Below are positions 18,545-27,255 of a DNA stretch of 34,773 nucleotides, one piece after another. Under the pieces are notes generated by a model. The model saw nothing but the letters and a program-made list of their open reading frames with translations. It ran no database searches and was not told the DNA's origin. The number at the start of each line of letters is the position of its first letter. Within the stretch, counting starts at the first letter, position 1. This stretch comes from Candidatus Saccharibacteria bacterium CG_4_10_14_0_2_um_filter_52_9 (GTDB lineage: Bacteria; Patescibacteriota; Saccharimonadia; Saccharimonadales; UBA4665): assembly GCA_002792275.1 (NCBI GenBank), contig PFOA01000041.1:1-34773 (forward strand). The letters are read 5' to 3'. The translations under genes and the position numbers were made by a program.

Positions 18545-18829
18545 GTGATTACCGTTTTCTGTTTTGGTTTCGTGATGATGCATCCCTCGCCGAACCTCAA
18601 TAAAACCGCCGCCTCCAGCACTACACCTGTCATCCCCGAAACTACAGATCCACATTCTCAATTAACAGCCTTGCCAATGGCCGAGCAAGCTTCCCTCACA
18701 AAATTAGATGCTATTCCAGCCAGCAACCCGGCGTCAGCACAAAATCTTATGAATAATCTGTCGTTAAATAACGGCTCGATCGACTTGTTCTCTAGTAACA
18801 AAAAGCACAGCCTCGCGACCGCTAATTGA
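18545..18829 (+). CDS. Small hypothetical protein with a hydrophobic N-terminus
   Basis: 94-aa ORF (GTG start, uncertain) followed by a plus-strand hairpin and T-tract. Its 3' end overlaps the trmD 3' end. Confidence 0.3.
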   Translation: MITVFCFGFVMMHPSPNLNKTAASSTTPVIPETTDPHSQLTALPMAEQASLTKLDAIPASNPASAQNLMNNLSLNNGSIDLFSSNKKHSLATAN

Positions 18830-18846
18830 GCGGTTTTTGTTTTTTA
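18817..18846 (+). terminator. Rho-independent terminator candidate for the plus strand
   Basis: accgct-aattg-agcggt (6-bp stem) followed by ttttgtttttt. It lies within the last codons of trmD on the opposite strand. Confidence 0.45.
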
Positions 18847-19475
18847 GCCCGCCAAGCCTGGATTTCGGCGTGGTGGCCGCTAAGCAAAACCCGGGGAACC
18901 TTGTGGCCACGAAAGTCCTCGGGCCGCGTATATTGGGGGAATTCAATAGTCTGATCATCGGCTTGGAATGATTCGATCTCGGTGGAGGTTTCGCCGCCCA
19001 GTACACCGGGCAGTAGGCGCACCACTGAATCAATCACTATCATGGCCGGCAATTCGCCGCCGGTTAACACATAGTTACCTATGCTGAAACTCTCGTCGAC
19101 CCATTCCGTGATCCGTTCGTCGTAGCCTTCGTAACGGGGACAGACAATAATCAGCCCCTGCTGGCCGGCGGCTAACCGCTTGGCGTCGGACTGCTTGTAG
19201 GTTTTGCCCCTTGGTGTTGGCAGTAAGACGCGGGCGTCGGGATCATTCTGCTTGGCCTGCTCGATAGCCGCTACCACCGGCTCGGGTTTGAGTAACATGC
19301 CGTCGCCGCCGCCATAAGGTGTGTCATCGACTTGCTTGCGCGGTCCGAGACCAAAGTCGCGCAGGTTGATAAACTCATAGCTTACGATCTCCCTATCCTG
19401 GGCTTTCCAGAGCATGCTATTGCCAAGCACGCCTTTGAACATCTCCGGAAATAGGGTAATAATCTGTAGCTTCAT
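18822..19475 (-). CDS. trmD: tRNA (guanine37-N1)-methyltransferase
   Basis: MKLQIITLFPEMF..., YVLTGGELPAMIVIDSVVRLLPGVLG. ATG 19475 is preferred over the track start at 19544. Confidence 0.92.
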   Translation of the reverse strand: MKLQIITLFPEMFKGVLGNSMLWKAQDREIVSYEFINLRDFGLGPRKQVDDTPYGGGDGMLLKPEPVVAAIEQAKQNDPDARVLLPTPRGKTYKQSDAKRLAAGQQGLIIVCPRYEGYDERITEWVDESFSIGNYVLTGGELPAMIVIDSVVRLLPGVLGGETSTEIESFQADDQTIEFPQYTRPEDFRGHKVPRVLLSGHHAEIQAWRAKKQKPLN

Positions 19476-19481
19476 CGCTGT

Positions 19482-19490
19482 ATTGTACCA
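19482..19490 (-). promoter_or_regulatory. Extended -10 (TGgTACAAT), 6 nt upstream of the trmD ATG
   Basis: Minus strand reads TGgTACAAT-acagcg-ATG with no SD. Confidence 0.45.
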
Positions 19491-19525
19491 AAAAACCAAA
19501 ACAACCCCCGGTGTGGAGGTTGTTT
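19490..19525 (-). terminator. Rho-independent terminator candidate ending the rpsP-KH unit
   Basis: Minus strand has aaaacaacc-(11-nt loop)-ggttgtttt, a 9-bp stem, followed by ggttttt. Confidence 0.5.
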
Positions 19526-19616
19526 TGTCACATAAAGCTCCCATCTACTCTACGATGGCTCGCAGAGCTTTTGATTTTTGTTTTATCCGCCTAAGCGATA
19601 GCCGCTACTATAACGG

Positions 19617-20153
19617 TTAGATATCCAGGTCGTCAAGATCTGCCAGTTCGGCACGGGTTTGCGCCAGGCGATCGCTGGCCTGGTCTTCGTCGTGGGCTTC
19701 AGTCGGCGCGGTCGGTTCTTCGGGTTCGGGTTCTTCGGCAACCGGCTCGGGTTGCTCTTGGGCAACATTGTCGGGAGCCTCTTCACTGGCAACTTCGCTG
19801 GCCGGTTCTTCTGTAGAAACATCTTCCGTTGGGGCATCCGCCGGAGTATCGTCGCGTGGAGCCGGAGCGGCACCGTCATCACCGTTGTCGCGGCCGGGCG
19901 CACCAACACCATTGTCGATAATCTTTAGGTTATAACGAGCGTCGTTCTTGGTGCCCAGAGCGCGCAACAGAGTGCGTAGTGATTGAGCAGTGGCACCACG
20001 CTTGCCGATAACCCGACCAAGGTCTTCGGGATCAACAGTTAGCTCCAGTAAGACGCCCTTTTCATCTATTCGGCGGTCTATATGGACGGCGTCGGGTTTT
20101 CCAACCAGTGATTTTACTACGTATTCGATAAATTGCTGGTCGATCTCACTCAT
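19617..20153 (-). CDS. KH-domain RNA-binding protein (YlqC/UPF0109-like) with a long acidic Pro/Glu/Ala-rich C-terminal extension
   Basis: VVKSLVGKPDAVHIDRR...LGRVIGKRGATAQSLRTLL KH core. GAGGAG RBS. Conserved position downstream of rpsP. Confidence 0.8.
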   Translation of the reverse strand: MSEIDQQFIEYVVKSLVGKPDAVHIDRRIDEKGVLLELTVDPEDLGRVIGKRGATAQSLRTLLRALGTKNDARYNLKIIDNGVGAPGRDNGDDGAAPAPRDDTPADAPTEDVSTEEPASEVASEEAPDNVAQEQPEPVAEEPEPEEPTAPTEAHDEDQASDRLAQTRAELADLDDLDI

Positions 20154-20236
20154 GTGGCAGACTCCTCAGTTAGGTTTGGTTGTAGTAATACAATTATAGC
20201 AGGAAGAATTGTGGTTGTTGTGAAATTTCTCGCCGC

Positions 20237-20677
20237 TTAAGCGGTTTTGGCTTCGTCTTCGGCCGCAGGTTCTTCGGGTGGAGTTTCCTCCTCAGCAGGA
20301 GTAGCTTCGGCCGGTACAGCCTCTTCTACGGGCGCGGCTTCCTCGGCCGGGACCTCCGGAGCTGGGGGCATGGTACTGCGGCGCTTGTCGGCGTTACGAA
20401 CAGTACGCTCTTTGTTGGCCGGCACCTCTACCCAATCAGGTAGTTTGACGCCTTCGGCTTTTAATAAACGGGTGACGCGGTTAGAGGGCTGTGAACCATG
20501 ATCCAGATAGAATTGAGCCTTTTCCTTATCAACAACTACGGCCTTGCTGTGCGGATCGTAACTACCGAGCTGGGCAACGATTTTACCGCTGGTAGGTGTG
20601 CGGCGCGAATCCTGCACTACCATACGGAACATGGCGTGGCCTTTGCGGCCGGTTCGTTGCATGCGGATAGCTAACAT
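20237..20677 (-). CDS. rpsP: 30S ribosomal protein S16 with an Ala/Glu/Pro-rich C-terminal extension
   Basis: MLAIRMQRTGRKGHAMFRMVVQDSR...LGSYDP. Confidence 0.92.
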   Translation of the reverse strand: MLAIRMQRTGRKGHAMFRMVVQDSRRTPTSGKIVAQLGSYDPHSKAVVVDKEKAQFYLDHGSQPSNRVTRLLKAEGVKLPDWVEVPANKERTVRNADKRRSTMPPAPEVPAEEAAPVEEAVPAEATPAEEETPPEEPAAEDEAKTA

Positions 20678-20735
20678 ATATCTACGAAACTCTTTTCTTT
20701 CTCAAAACTTAACAATTAGTAAAGCAATTCCCTGT

Positions 20736-20764
20736 ATTTTACAGATAATCATCCCTGTTGTCAA
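20736..20764 (-). promoter_or_regulatory. Canonical sigma-70 promoter for rpsP (TTGACA-17 nt-TAAAAT)
   Basis: -35 TTGACA at 20759-20764 (overlaps the rnc stop), 17-nt spacer, -10 TAAAAT at 20736-20741. Confidence 0.6.
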
Positions 20765-21477
20765 ACCCCGGGCTCTGCTTCGCCCTGTTGGTAGAAAGCC
20801 AGAGCCGCTTCGGCGGCTTTTTGTTGGGCGGCCTGCTTGCTGGGGCCTTCGCCCTGGCCGCGCAGGTTGTTGTTGACATAAACGCCGACGGTGAACAGTT
20901 TATCGTGGTCGGGGCCGTCTTCATTCATCACTTTGTACACCGGTGTGGCGGCTTCCTGGCTCTGAGCCAGTTCCTGCAAATTTGATTTGGCATCCATCCA
21001 GGAGCCGGTTGAGAGGATATCCTCAAAGGTGCTCAGAATGCTTTCGGTAATAAAAACTTTGGCGGCTTCGTAACCCTGGTCTATGTAGAGGGCGCCGACC
21101 ACGGCTTCAAAACTGTTTGCCAAAATCTGAACCCGGGCCCGCTCGGTTCCACGTTTTTCACCGCGGCTGAGGCGAAGTAACGGTTCAAAGCCGAACTTGG
21201 CAGCAGCGGCGCCGATGCTTTCGGTGCGTACCAGACTGCTGCGCCAGTTGGTTAACACGCCCTCTGGATCGTCATAAGTATTATATAGGTATTCGGTAAC
21301 TACGAGCTCGAGCACAGCGTCACCCAGGAACTCCAGGCGCTCGTTATGGGCTTTGACCGACTTTTTATGCTCGTTGAGGTAAGACCGGTGGGTGAAGGCC
21401 GTCAGCAACAAGTCCCAATCGTTAAAAGTGACGTGAAGCTTGTCTTTGGCAAAGGCCTGATAAGCGCTGGTGTCCAT
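20761..21477 (-). CDS. rnc: Ribonuclease III
   Basis: ERLEFLGDAVLELVV signature plus a C-terminal dsRBD (GPDHDKLFTV...GEGPSKQAAQQKAAEAAL). Confidence 0.92.
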   Translation of the reverse strand: MDTSAYQAFAKDKLHVTFNDWDLLLTAFTHRSYLNEHKKSVKAHNERLEFLGDAVLELVVTEYLYNTYDDPEGVLTNWRSSLVRTESIGAAAAKFGFEPLLRLSRGEKRGTERARVQILANSFEAVVGALYIDQGYEAAKVFITESILSTFEDILSTGSWMDAKSNLQELAQSQEAATPVYKVMNEDGPDHDKLFTVGVYVNNNLRGQGEGPSKQAAQQKAAEAALAFYQQGEAEPGV

Positions 21478-21480
21478 AGC

Positions 21481-21981
21481 CTACAGCTTACCTTCGCGGA
21501 TCTTTTTCATGCTAACCAGAATGAGCTTGCCGATATCATCATAAGCAATCTTGTCTACAGCTTCGGCCGCCGGTAGCCATTTGATATCGTTCAGCCAATC
21601 TTCGGGATGGAGCTTGTCGGTGTCGCCCAAGCCTTCGACCAGGTAGATGTGCATGGTCATCAGCACCAGCGTGTGGTTGCGACGGTAGCGGAAGTTGACC
21701 TTGCCCAGCCAGCTGTTAACCTTCATCTCTTTGAGGCCGGTTTCTTCGCGGATTTCGCGCTCGGCGGTTTGCTTGGGTTCTTCGCCCGGCTCAACATGGC
21801 CTTTGGGAATAGTCCAGCGGTTTTTGGCATCCTGCATCAGCAGAATCTCGACGGCGTCAGTTTTGGTGTTGCGCCGAAAGACAATGCCTCCCGAGGTTGT
21901 CTCGCGCACCACCTCGTCGATCACCGGCCGACGCTTAAAGGCCAGTTTTTTGATACCTTGGATCGGTTTGGGTCGTTGCAT
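21481..21981 (-). CDS. NUDIX hydrolase
   Basis: Nudix box GHVEPGEEPKQTAEREIREETGL. Confidence 0.8.
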   Translation of the reverse strand: MQRPKPIQGIKKLAFKRRPVIDEVVRETTSGGIVFRRNTKTDAVEILLMQDAKNRWTIPKGHVEPGEEPKQTAEREIREETGLKEMKVNSWLGKVNFRYRRNHTLVLMTMHIYLVEGLGDTDKLHPEDWLNDIKWLPAAEAVDKIAYDDIGKLILVSMKKIREGKL

Positions 21982-21983
21982 GA

Positions 21984-22514
21984 TTATTTCTTCTTGGGTG
22001 ATTTAGCTACCTTGGTAGCGTCAGCTGTGGGTTTCTTGACTTTGGCGGCCGGTTTTTTGGCCTTGGCGGGCTTTGCTTCTTCGGGGTCGCCGTCGCGTTG
22101 GCGTAACAGAGTGCCGAGCACGCCGTTGACGAACTTGGAGGAATTATCGCCGCCGAAGGCTTTAGCCAGCTCAACGGCTTCGTTAATCACCACTTTGGGC
22201 GGCACATCGGCTTCGTTCTCCAGCTCGTACAGGCCGATCCTGAGCACCAGGCGATCCATGCGGGCGATCTGATCAATTGGCCATTCCGGCGCCACCGGTT
22301 GCAGTTTGGCGTCCAGGGCGGCTGATTGCTTGGTGACGCCCAGCACCAGCTTGTTCACAAACTCGACATCATCGAGCATGTTTTCGTAACGGACAATGTT
22401 GCGGTTCAAGACCTCCGACAGATTAAAGCCGACATCTTCCGAGTCCTGACGCATCTCTTGTTCGTAGAGCGTTTGGAGGGCGATGATGCGACCGAGGTGT
22501 CGATTGGAGGCCAT
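21984..22514 (-). CDS. nusB: Transcription antitermination factor NusB with a Lys/Ala-rich C-terminal tail
   Basis: RIIALQTLYEQEM..., ARMDRLVLRIGLYEL, VINEAVELAKAFG blocks. Confidence 0.85.
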   Translation of the reverse strand: MASNRHLGRIIALQTLYEQEMRQDSEDVGFNLSEVLNRNIVRYENMLDDVEFVNKLVLGVTKQSAALDAKLQPVAPEWPIDQIARMDRLVLRIGLYELENEADVPPKVVINEAVELAKAFGGDNSSKFVNGVLGTLLRQRDGDPEEAKPAKAKKPAAKVKKPTADATKVAKSPKKK

Positions 22515-22543
22515 ATTGTTAAATTCCTAGGGGGAGCTGTGTC

Positions 22544-22687
22544 TTAGACGACTTTAGCAGATTCGCGCTTGGTGGTGCGGATTTTGACGGGTGACTTACC
22601 GTTGACCTTGCGGGCCAACTTGAGTACCAGGTGACTGCGGCGGGTGCCGGTCTTACGCGGGCTGGTTCGCTTTTTGGGTTTACCCAT
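22544..22687 (-). CDS. rpmF: 50S ribosomal protein L32
   Basis: Not in the ORF track (47 aa): MGKPKKRTSPRKTGTRRSHLVLKLARKVNGKSPVKIRTTKRESAKVV. Shows the L32-type KKRTS...RRSH motif, with AAGGA upstream. Confidence 0.8.
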   Translation of the reverse strand: MGKPKKRTSPRKTGTRRSHLVLKLARKVNGKSPVKIRTTKRESAKVV

Positions 22688-22784
22688 GCGGGACTATCCT
22701 TTAACTTTAGTTAACAATCTTAGGTCTATTTTACCCAATTTTCCGCCTTTTCTCAAGGGCGTGTACTGGATCACCACATTCCGA

Positions 22785-22838
22785 TTTGGAGCTTTTAGCT
22801 TTGTAACAAAAAAATGTTACAAAGCTAAAAGCTCCAAA
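22785..22838. repeat. Perfect 24-bp inverted repeat with a 6-nt A loop (long hairpin) between leuS and rpmF
   Basis: tttggagcttttagctttgtaaca-aaaaaa-tgttacaaagctaaaagctccaaa, read directly from the sequence. Confidence 0.85.
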
Positions 22839-22866
22839 AAGAGACTAGCAAAGAGATCGACTAGAT

Positions 22867-25344
22867 CTAAACAACGAAGTTAACGAGTTTGCCTGGTACG
22901 TAAATTGTTTTTCGAATCGTTTGATCCTTGAGGTGACTAGCAACTTTTTCATTGGCCTTGGCTGATTTGACGACGGTGTCTTCATCGGCGCCGGTCGGAA
23001 CCTGAACTTCGCCGCGTAGTTTGCCGTTAACCTGAACCGCAATCGTCACTTTATCTTGAATCAGGTATTTCTCATCATGTTTTGGCCAGCTGTCGTGATG
23101 AACGCTGGCTGAATGGCCCAGCAGGTGCCACAGTTCGTCGCTCATGTGGGGAGCCAGCGGCGCGATGCAGGCCACCAAGCCTTCCAGAGCCTTTTGCCAG
23201 ACCTCGCTTTTGCCAAAATGCTTGGTCTTCAGCTTGTAGAAATCATTCGTGGCGGTCATGGTGGCGGCGATTGCCGTGTTGTAGCGGTTGTGCTCCAAAC
23301 CCTCAGTCATTTTCTTAATCATGGCATGTAAAGCGCGGTTAATTTCGGCCTGGGTCTCTTGCGGCACATCGGCTGAAGGCTGATCAATATATTCGTTCAC
23401 CAGGTTCCAGACACGACTCAGCCAGCGATGCGTACCCGGCACGCCCTGGGGATCCCATTTAGTCCATAATTCCAGGGGCGCCGCAAACATCATGTAGGTT
23501 CTTAAGGCGTCAGCGCCGTAGCCCTGGGCGATGATTTCCAGCGGGTCAACGCCATTACCCTTGCTCTTGGAGAACATACGTCCGTCGCTGGCTGTCACCT
23601 TGCCGTTGAATAGGAATTGCTTGAACGGCTCGGCTTCCTTTACCAGACCCAGTTTCTTGAAGAAACGGGCGATAAAGCGGGCATACAGCAGATGCGCCGT
23701 GGCATGGTCGGCACCGTTATAAAAGTCGATCGGTTCCCATTTTTGGACAAGCTGTTTATCGAATATCTCGTGCAGATTGCGCGGATCGAAGTAGCGGTAC
23801 ATGTACCAGCTACTGTCGATGTAAGTGTCCAGGGTGTCGGTTTCGCGCTCCGCCGGGCCGCCGCACTTGGGGCACTCAACTGTCAGCCAGTCCTTGGCGC
23901 GCGCCAAAGCACTGCGGCCGTCGCCGCTGGGCGCGTAATCATCCAGTTCGGGCAGTATCACCGGCAAATCTTTTTCGGGCACTAGCACCGCGCCGCACTT
24001 GGGGCAATCGATTATGGGAATCGGCGCTCCCCAGTAACGCTGGCGGCTAACACTCCAGTCACGCATCTTATAATTAACTTTTGGCTTGGCTTGGCCCGCC
24101 TTATGGACTTGATCAAAGATTTTATCTCCGGCTTCTTTATTGCTCAAGCCATCAAAGCCCTGGCCGCTGTTAACTTGTTTGCCGGCGCCTGTCCAGACAT
24201 CAAGAGAATTTAAGTCTTCGTATTCTTTAGCGACAGCCGTGGTCAGCACCACCGGCAGTTTATGTTGGAGGGCGAATTCGCGGTCGCGCAGATCGTGGCC
24301 GGGCATACCCATGACCACGCCGGTTCCGTAGCCACCCAGTACGTAACTCGCCACATAAATCGGCACAAGCTGATCGTTAAAGGGATTCTTGGCATACTTA
24401 CCGGTAAAGACACCTGTCTTGGTCTTATTTTCCTGGCGTTCGACTTCACCCAGCAGGGCTGACTCTTCACGATACTTATTAACTTCCGCCTTGTGTTCGG
24501 CGGTTGTCAGGTCGTCAAGCAAAGGCGATTCCGGGGCAATAACGATAAACATAACACCGGGCAGGGTGTCTTTACGGGTGGTGAAGGTTTCGAAACTGGC
24601 CCTTTCCGTTCTGCCTTCTTGATCACAGACTTGCCAGCTGATTTCGGCGCCTTCACTGCGGCCGATCCAGTTCTTTTGAGCCAGTTTGACACTTTCGCTC
24701 CAGTCCAGGTCATCGATGGCGTCGAGCAGTTCGTCGGCATAGTCGGTAATCTTAAAGAACCATTGTTTGACTTCTTTTTTCTGAACCAGCGGATCGTCGG
24801 GACCGTCGTGACGCCAACATTTGCCGTCAATCACCTGCTCGTTGGCCAGCACCGTCTGGCACTGCTCGCAGAACCACTGCATGCGCGAGTCCTGATAGGC
24901 CAGGCCGTGCTTATGCATTTGCACAAAGATCCACTGCGACCATTTGTAGTATTCGGGTAGATGGGTGGATATTTCCTTTTCCCAGTCGTTGCTCCAGCCC
25001 ATGGCTTTATACTGTTTGTGATAATCCGGGATGATAGTGGCCATGCTCTCCTGCGGCGACACGCCGGCCTTGATGGCGTAGTTCTCGGCGGGCAGGCCAA
25101 AGGCATCCCAGCCGACCGGATGATAACTTTCGTAGCCCTGCTGTCGCTTAAAGCGCGCCTTAACATCACTGATGGTGTAGTTCATGGCGTGGCCAATATG
25201 AATACCCGCCCCGCTGGGGTAGTTGAACATACTCATGGCAATGTATTTGGGCTTGTCGCTCTTTAGGTCGGCGGTGTAGGTACCTTCACTGTCCCAGATC
25301 TTCTGCCACTTGGGTTCTATGTCTTTAGGATTGTATCTCTGCAT
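22867..25344 (-). CDS. leuS: Leucyl-tRNA synthetase
   Basis: 825 aa. HIGH region (GIHIGHAMNY), KMSKS-like FSKSKGNG, and the conserved MQRYNPKDIEPKWQKIW N-terminus. Confidence 0.97.
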   Translation of the reverse strand: MQRYNPKDIEPKWQKIWDSEGTYTADLKSDKPKYIAMSMFNYPSGAGIHIGHAMNYTISDVKARFKRQQGYESYHPVGWDAFGLPAENYAIKAGVSPQESMATIIPDYHKQYKAMGWSNDWEKEISTHLPEYYKWSQWIFVQMHKHGLAYQDSRMQWFCEQCQTVLANEQVIDGKCWRHDGPDDPLVQKKEVKQWFFKITDYADELLDAIDDLDWSESVKLAQKNWIGRSEGAEISWQVCDQEGRTERASFETFTTRKDTLPGVMFIVIAPESPLLDDLTTAEHKAEVNKYREESALLGEVERQENKTKTGVFTGKYAKNPFNDQLVPIYVASYVLGGYGTGVVMGMPGHDLRDREFALQHKLPVVLTTAVAKEYEDLNSLDVWTGAGKQVNSGQGFDGLSNKEAGDKIFDQVHKAGQAKPKVNYKMRDWSVSRQRYWGAPIPIIDCPKCGAVLVPEKDLPVILPELDDYAPSGDGRSALARAKDWLTVECPKCGGPAERETDTLDTYIDSSWYMYRYFDPRNLHEIFDKQLVQKWEPIDFYNGADHATAHLLYARFIARFFKKLGLVKEAEPFKQFLFNGKVTASDGRMFSKSKGNGVDPLEIIAQGYGADALRTYMMFAAPLELWTKWDPQGVPGTHRWLSRVWNLVNEYIDQPSADVPQETQAEINRALHAMIKKMTEGLEHNRYNTAIAATMTATNDFYKLKTKHFGKSEVWQKALEGLVACIAPLAPHMSDELWHLLGHSASVHHDSWPKHDEKYLIQDKVTIAVQVNGKLRGEVQVPTGADEDTVVKSAKANEKVASHLKDQTIRKTIYVPGKLVNFVV

Positions 25345-25354
25345 AACAGATTAC

Positions 25355-25363
25355 ATTGTAGCA
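25355..25363 (-). promoter_or_regulatory. Extended -10 (TGcTACAAT), 10 nt upstream of the leuS ATG
   Basis: Lies within the 29-nt guaA-leuS spacer. No SD. Confidence 0.4.
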
Positions 25364-25373
25364 AACATATCTG

Positions 25374-27236
25374 TTATTCCCACTCGGTGGTGGCGGGGGG
25401 TTTGTTGGTGAGGTCGAGAAAGACCTGTGAGATCCCGGGAACTTCTTTGATAATACGGTTGGTTATTTTCTGAAGGAATTCTTCTGGCAGGCCGCGGCCT
25501 GGGAGCATGGCTTGGACGGTCATGAAGGTACTGGTGGTGACCGGGCGGAGAACTATGGAGCGCTCGCCTGTTTTGTTGAATGATAGTGGAATCAATACTA
25601 CTGGGAACTGCTTAATTTTACCGAGCAGGTCGGCGCTGCGCATTTCTTCAAAAACTATTTTGTCAGCGTGGCGGAGTTGTTGGCGGACGTCGGCTGTTAG
25701 CAGTGTCTTTGTGACGATAGGTACACGGAGTGTATCACCGCTCAAAGAGTAGACTACCCGGTTGATGGTTTCGCGGAAGTGAGCCGGTAAGTCAGCTCCG
25801 GGTTTTGCCAGTTGGTTGGTATTTAAGTCGGCGTGGAATATAGCTGCAACGGATAAGTGCGAGCGTTCATCACCGCCAACACCGACGCTGCGGATTGGCA
25901 GCAAATGAACTTTGGTGCCGGGGGTATGCTTGTCGATAAATTCCTGCGCGGCTGCTTGTTCGGCTGCTGGTTCGTGCACTTCGTCTGATTCGGCGGCGCA
26001 GATGATGCGGATCGCCAGGCCGGGGCCCGGGAATGGCTGACGCTCTACCAGCTCTTCGGGCAGGCCCAGGTGGCGGCCCAGCTCGCGGACTTCGTCTTTG
26101 AACAGGTCGTCGATCGGCTCTAACAGCAGGCCGGCGGCTTTGAGCTCCTGCACTTCTTTGACCTGGTTGTGGTGGGTTTTGATGGTCATGGTGTGGCTGT
26201 CGCCAGTACTGTGGCCGGACTCGATGCGGTCGGCGGCGTTGGTTCCCTGCAGTAGCAGTGCCTCTGTTAATTTGAGGTCGGCCACCAGGCGGTTCTGGAT
26301 ATCTACAAAGACTTTACCAATGATTTTGCGCTTCTCCTCAGGATCGGTGACCTGAGCCAATGGTTCCTCGAATTCTTTAACGGCGTCGATTTTTTTGACA
26401 GGCAGTCCGGCGGCTTGGAGAGCTTCGATCACCAGGTCGTCTTCGTCGCGCATGAAACCGTTGTCGATGTAAAAGGCGTGCAGTTTTTGTTTGGGGACAA
26501 CTCCGGCAGCCAGGGTTGCCGCCACGCTGGAGTCTACGCCGCCGCTGACAAAGGCGATGACATCGCGGCCACTTGCTAATTTGGCGATGTCTTTCTGTTT
26601 GCCGGCAACGAGTTCTTCCAGCCGCTTTTCGCGAAAGTCCTCGTTGGCTGTCAATCCGGCGATTCCCAATAGAAAGTTCTTAAACAGCTGGTAACCCTCC
26701 GGCGTGTCGTCGAAGACTTCGGGGTGGAACTGCACACCCAGCTTGTTATCTTTAGCTAACGAAGAGTAGGAAACCGAGCCGTCGCTGAGTTTGTGGGAGC
26801 CGAGGATCACAAAACCTTCCGGTACGGTTTTAACAAAGTCACCATGCGTGAAAAGTCCTGTGAAATCTTTCTTGATGCCTTTGAAGAGAGAATGTGAGTT
26901 ATCGATTTGGGTCAGCACGCGGCCGTCTTCGCGGATGGCGTTCTTGGCGACTTCACCGCCATGAGCCACCACCATGGCCTGCATGCCGTAGCAGATGCCG
27001 AGCAGGGGCAGTGGGCTGTTCCAGATTTCGGGATCGGGCTGGGGCGCGGCCTCGGCATGTGAGCTGGCCGGACTGCCGGAAATAATAATGGCGCCGTAAG
27101 CGCCTTCGATTTTGCCAAGATTGGTGTTGAGGGGCAGAACATCGGCCGGAATTCCCTGGCGCTCAACGGCTTTGCGGACGAGATCGACGTATTGTCCGCC
27201 AGCGTCGAGAATGGCAACCCGATTCTGCTTTATCAT
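25374..27236 (-). CDS. guaA: GMP synthase (glutamine-hydrolysing), long eukaryote-like form (620 aa)
   Basis: GATase (ILDAGGQY, GICYGMQ, FHPEV), ATP-PPase SGGVDSS, C-terminal KPPATTEWE. About 100 aa longer than the E. coli type. Confidence 0.95.
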   Translation of the reverse strand: MIKQNRVAILDAGGQYVDLVRKAVERQGIPADVLPLNTNLGKIEGAYGAIIISGSPASSHAEAAPQPDPEIWNSPLPLLGICYGMQAMVVAHGGEVAKNAIREDGRVLTQIDNSHSLFKGIKKDFTGLFTHGDFVKTVPEGFVILGSHKLSDGSVSYSSLAKDNKLGVQFHPEVFDDTPEGYQLFKNFLLGIAGLTANEDFREKRLEELVAGKQKDIAKLASGRDVIAFVSGGVDSSVAATLAAGVVPKQKLHAFYIDNGFMRDEDDLVIEALQAAGLPVKKIDAVKEFEEPLAQVTDPEEKRKIIGKVFVDIQNRLVADLKLTEALLLQGTNAADRIESGHSTGDSHTMTIKTHHNQVKEVQELKAAGLLLEPIDDLFKDEVRELGRHLGLPEELVERQPFPGPGLAIRIICAAESDEVHEPAAEQAAAQEFIDKHTPGTKVHLLPIRSVGVGGDERSHLSVAAIFHADLNTNQLAKPGADLPAHFRETINRVVYSLSGDTLRVPIVTKTLLTADVRQQLRHADKIVFEEMRSADLLGKIKQFPVVLIPLSFNKTGERSIVLRPVTTSTFMTVQAMLPGRGLPEEFLQKITNRIIKEVPGISQVFLDLTNKPPATTEWE

Positions 27237-27241
27237 AATTA

Positions 27242-27250
27242 ATTATAGCA
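27242..27250 (-). promoter_or_regulatory. Extended -10 (TGcTATAAT), 5 nt upstream of the guaA ATG
   Basis: Minus strand reads TGcTATAAT-taatt-ATG with no SD. Confidence 0.45.
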
Positions 27251-27255
27251 CAGGG

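Noticed and set aside
22644-22883. 79-aa plus-strand ORF spanning the rpmF-leuS intergenic hairpin.
   Set aside because: It overlaps the rpmF start on the opposite strand and translates the palindrome itself. It has no RBS or recognisable motif and is most likely non-coding.
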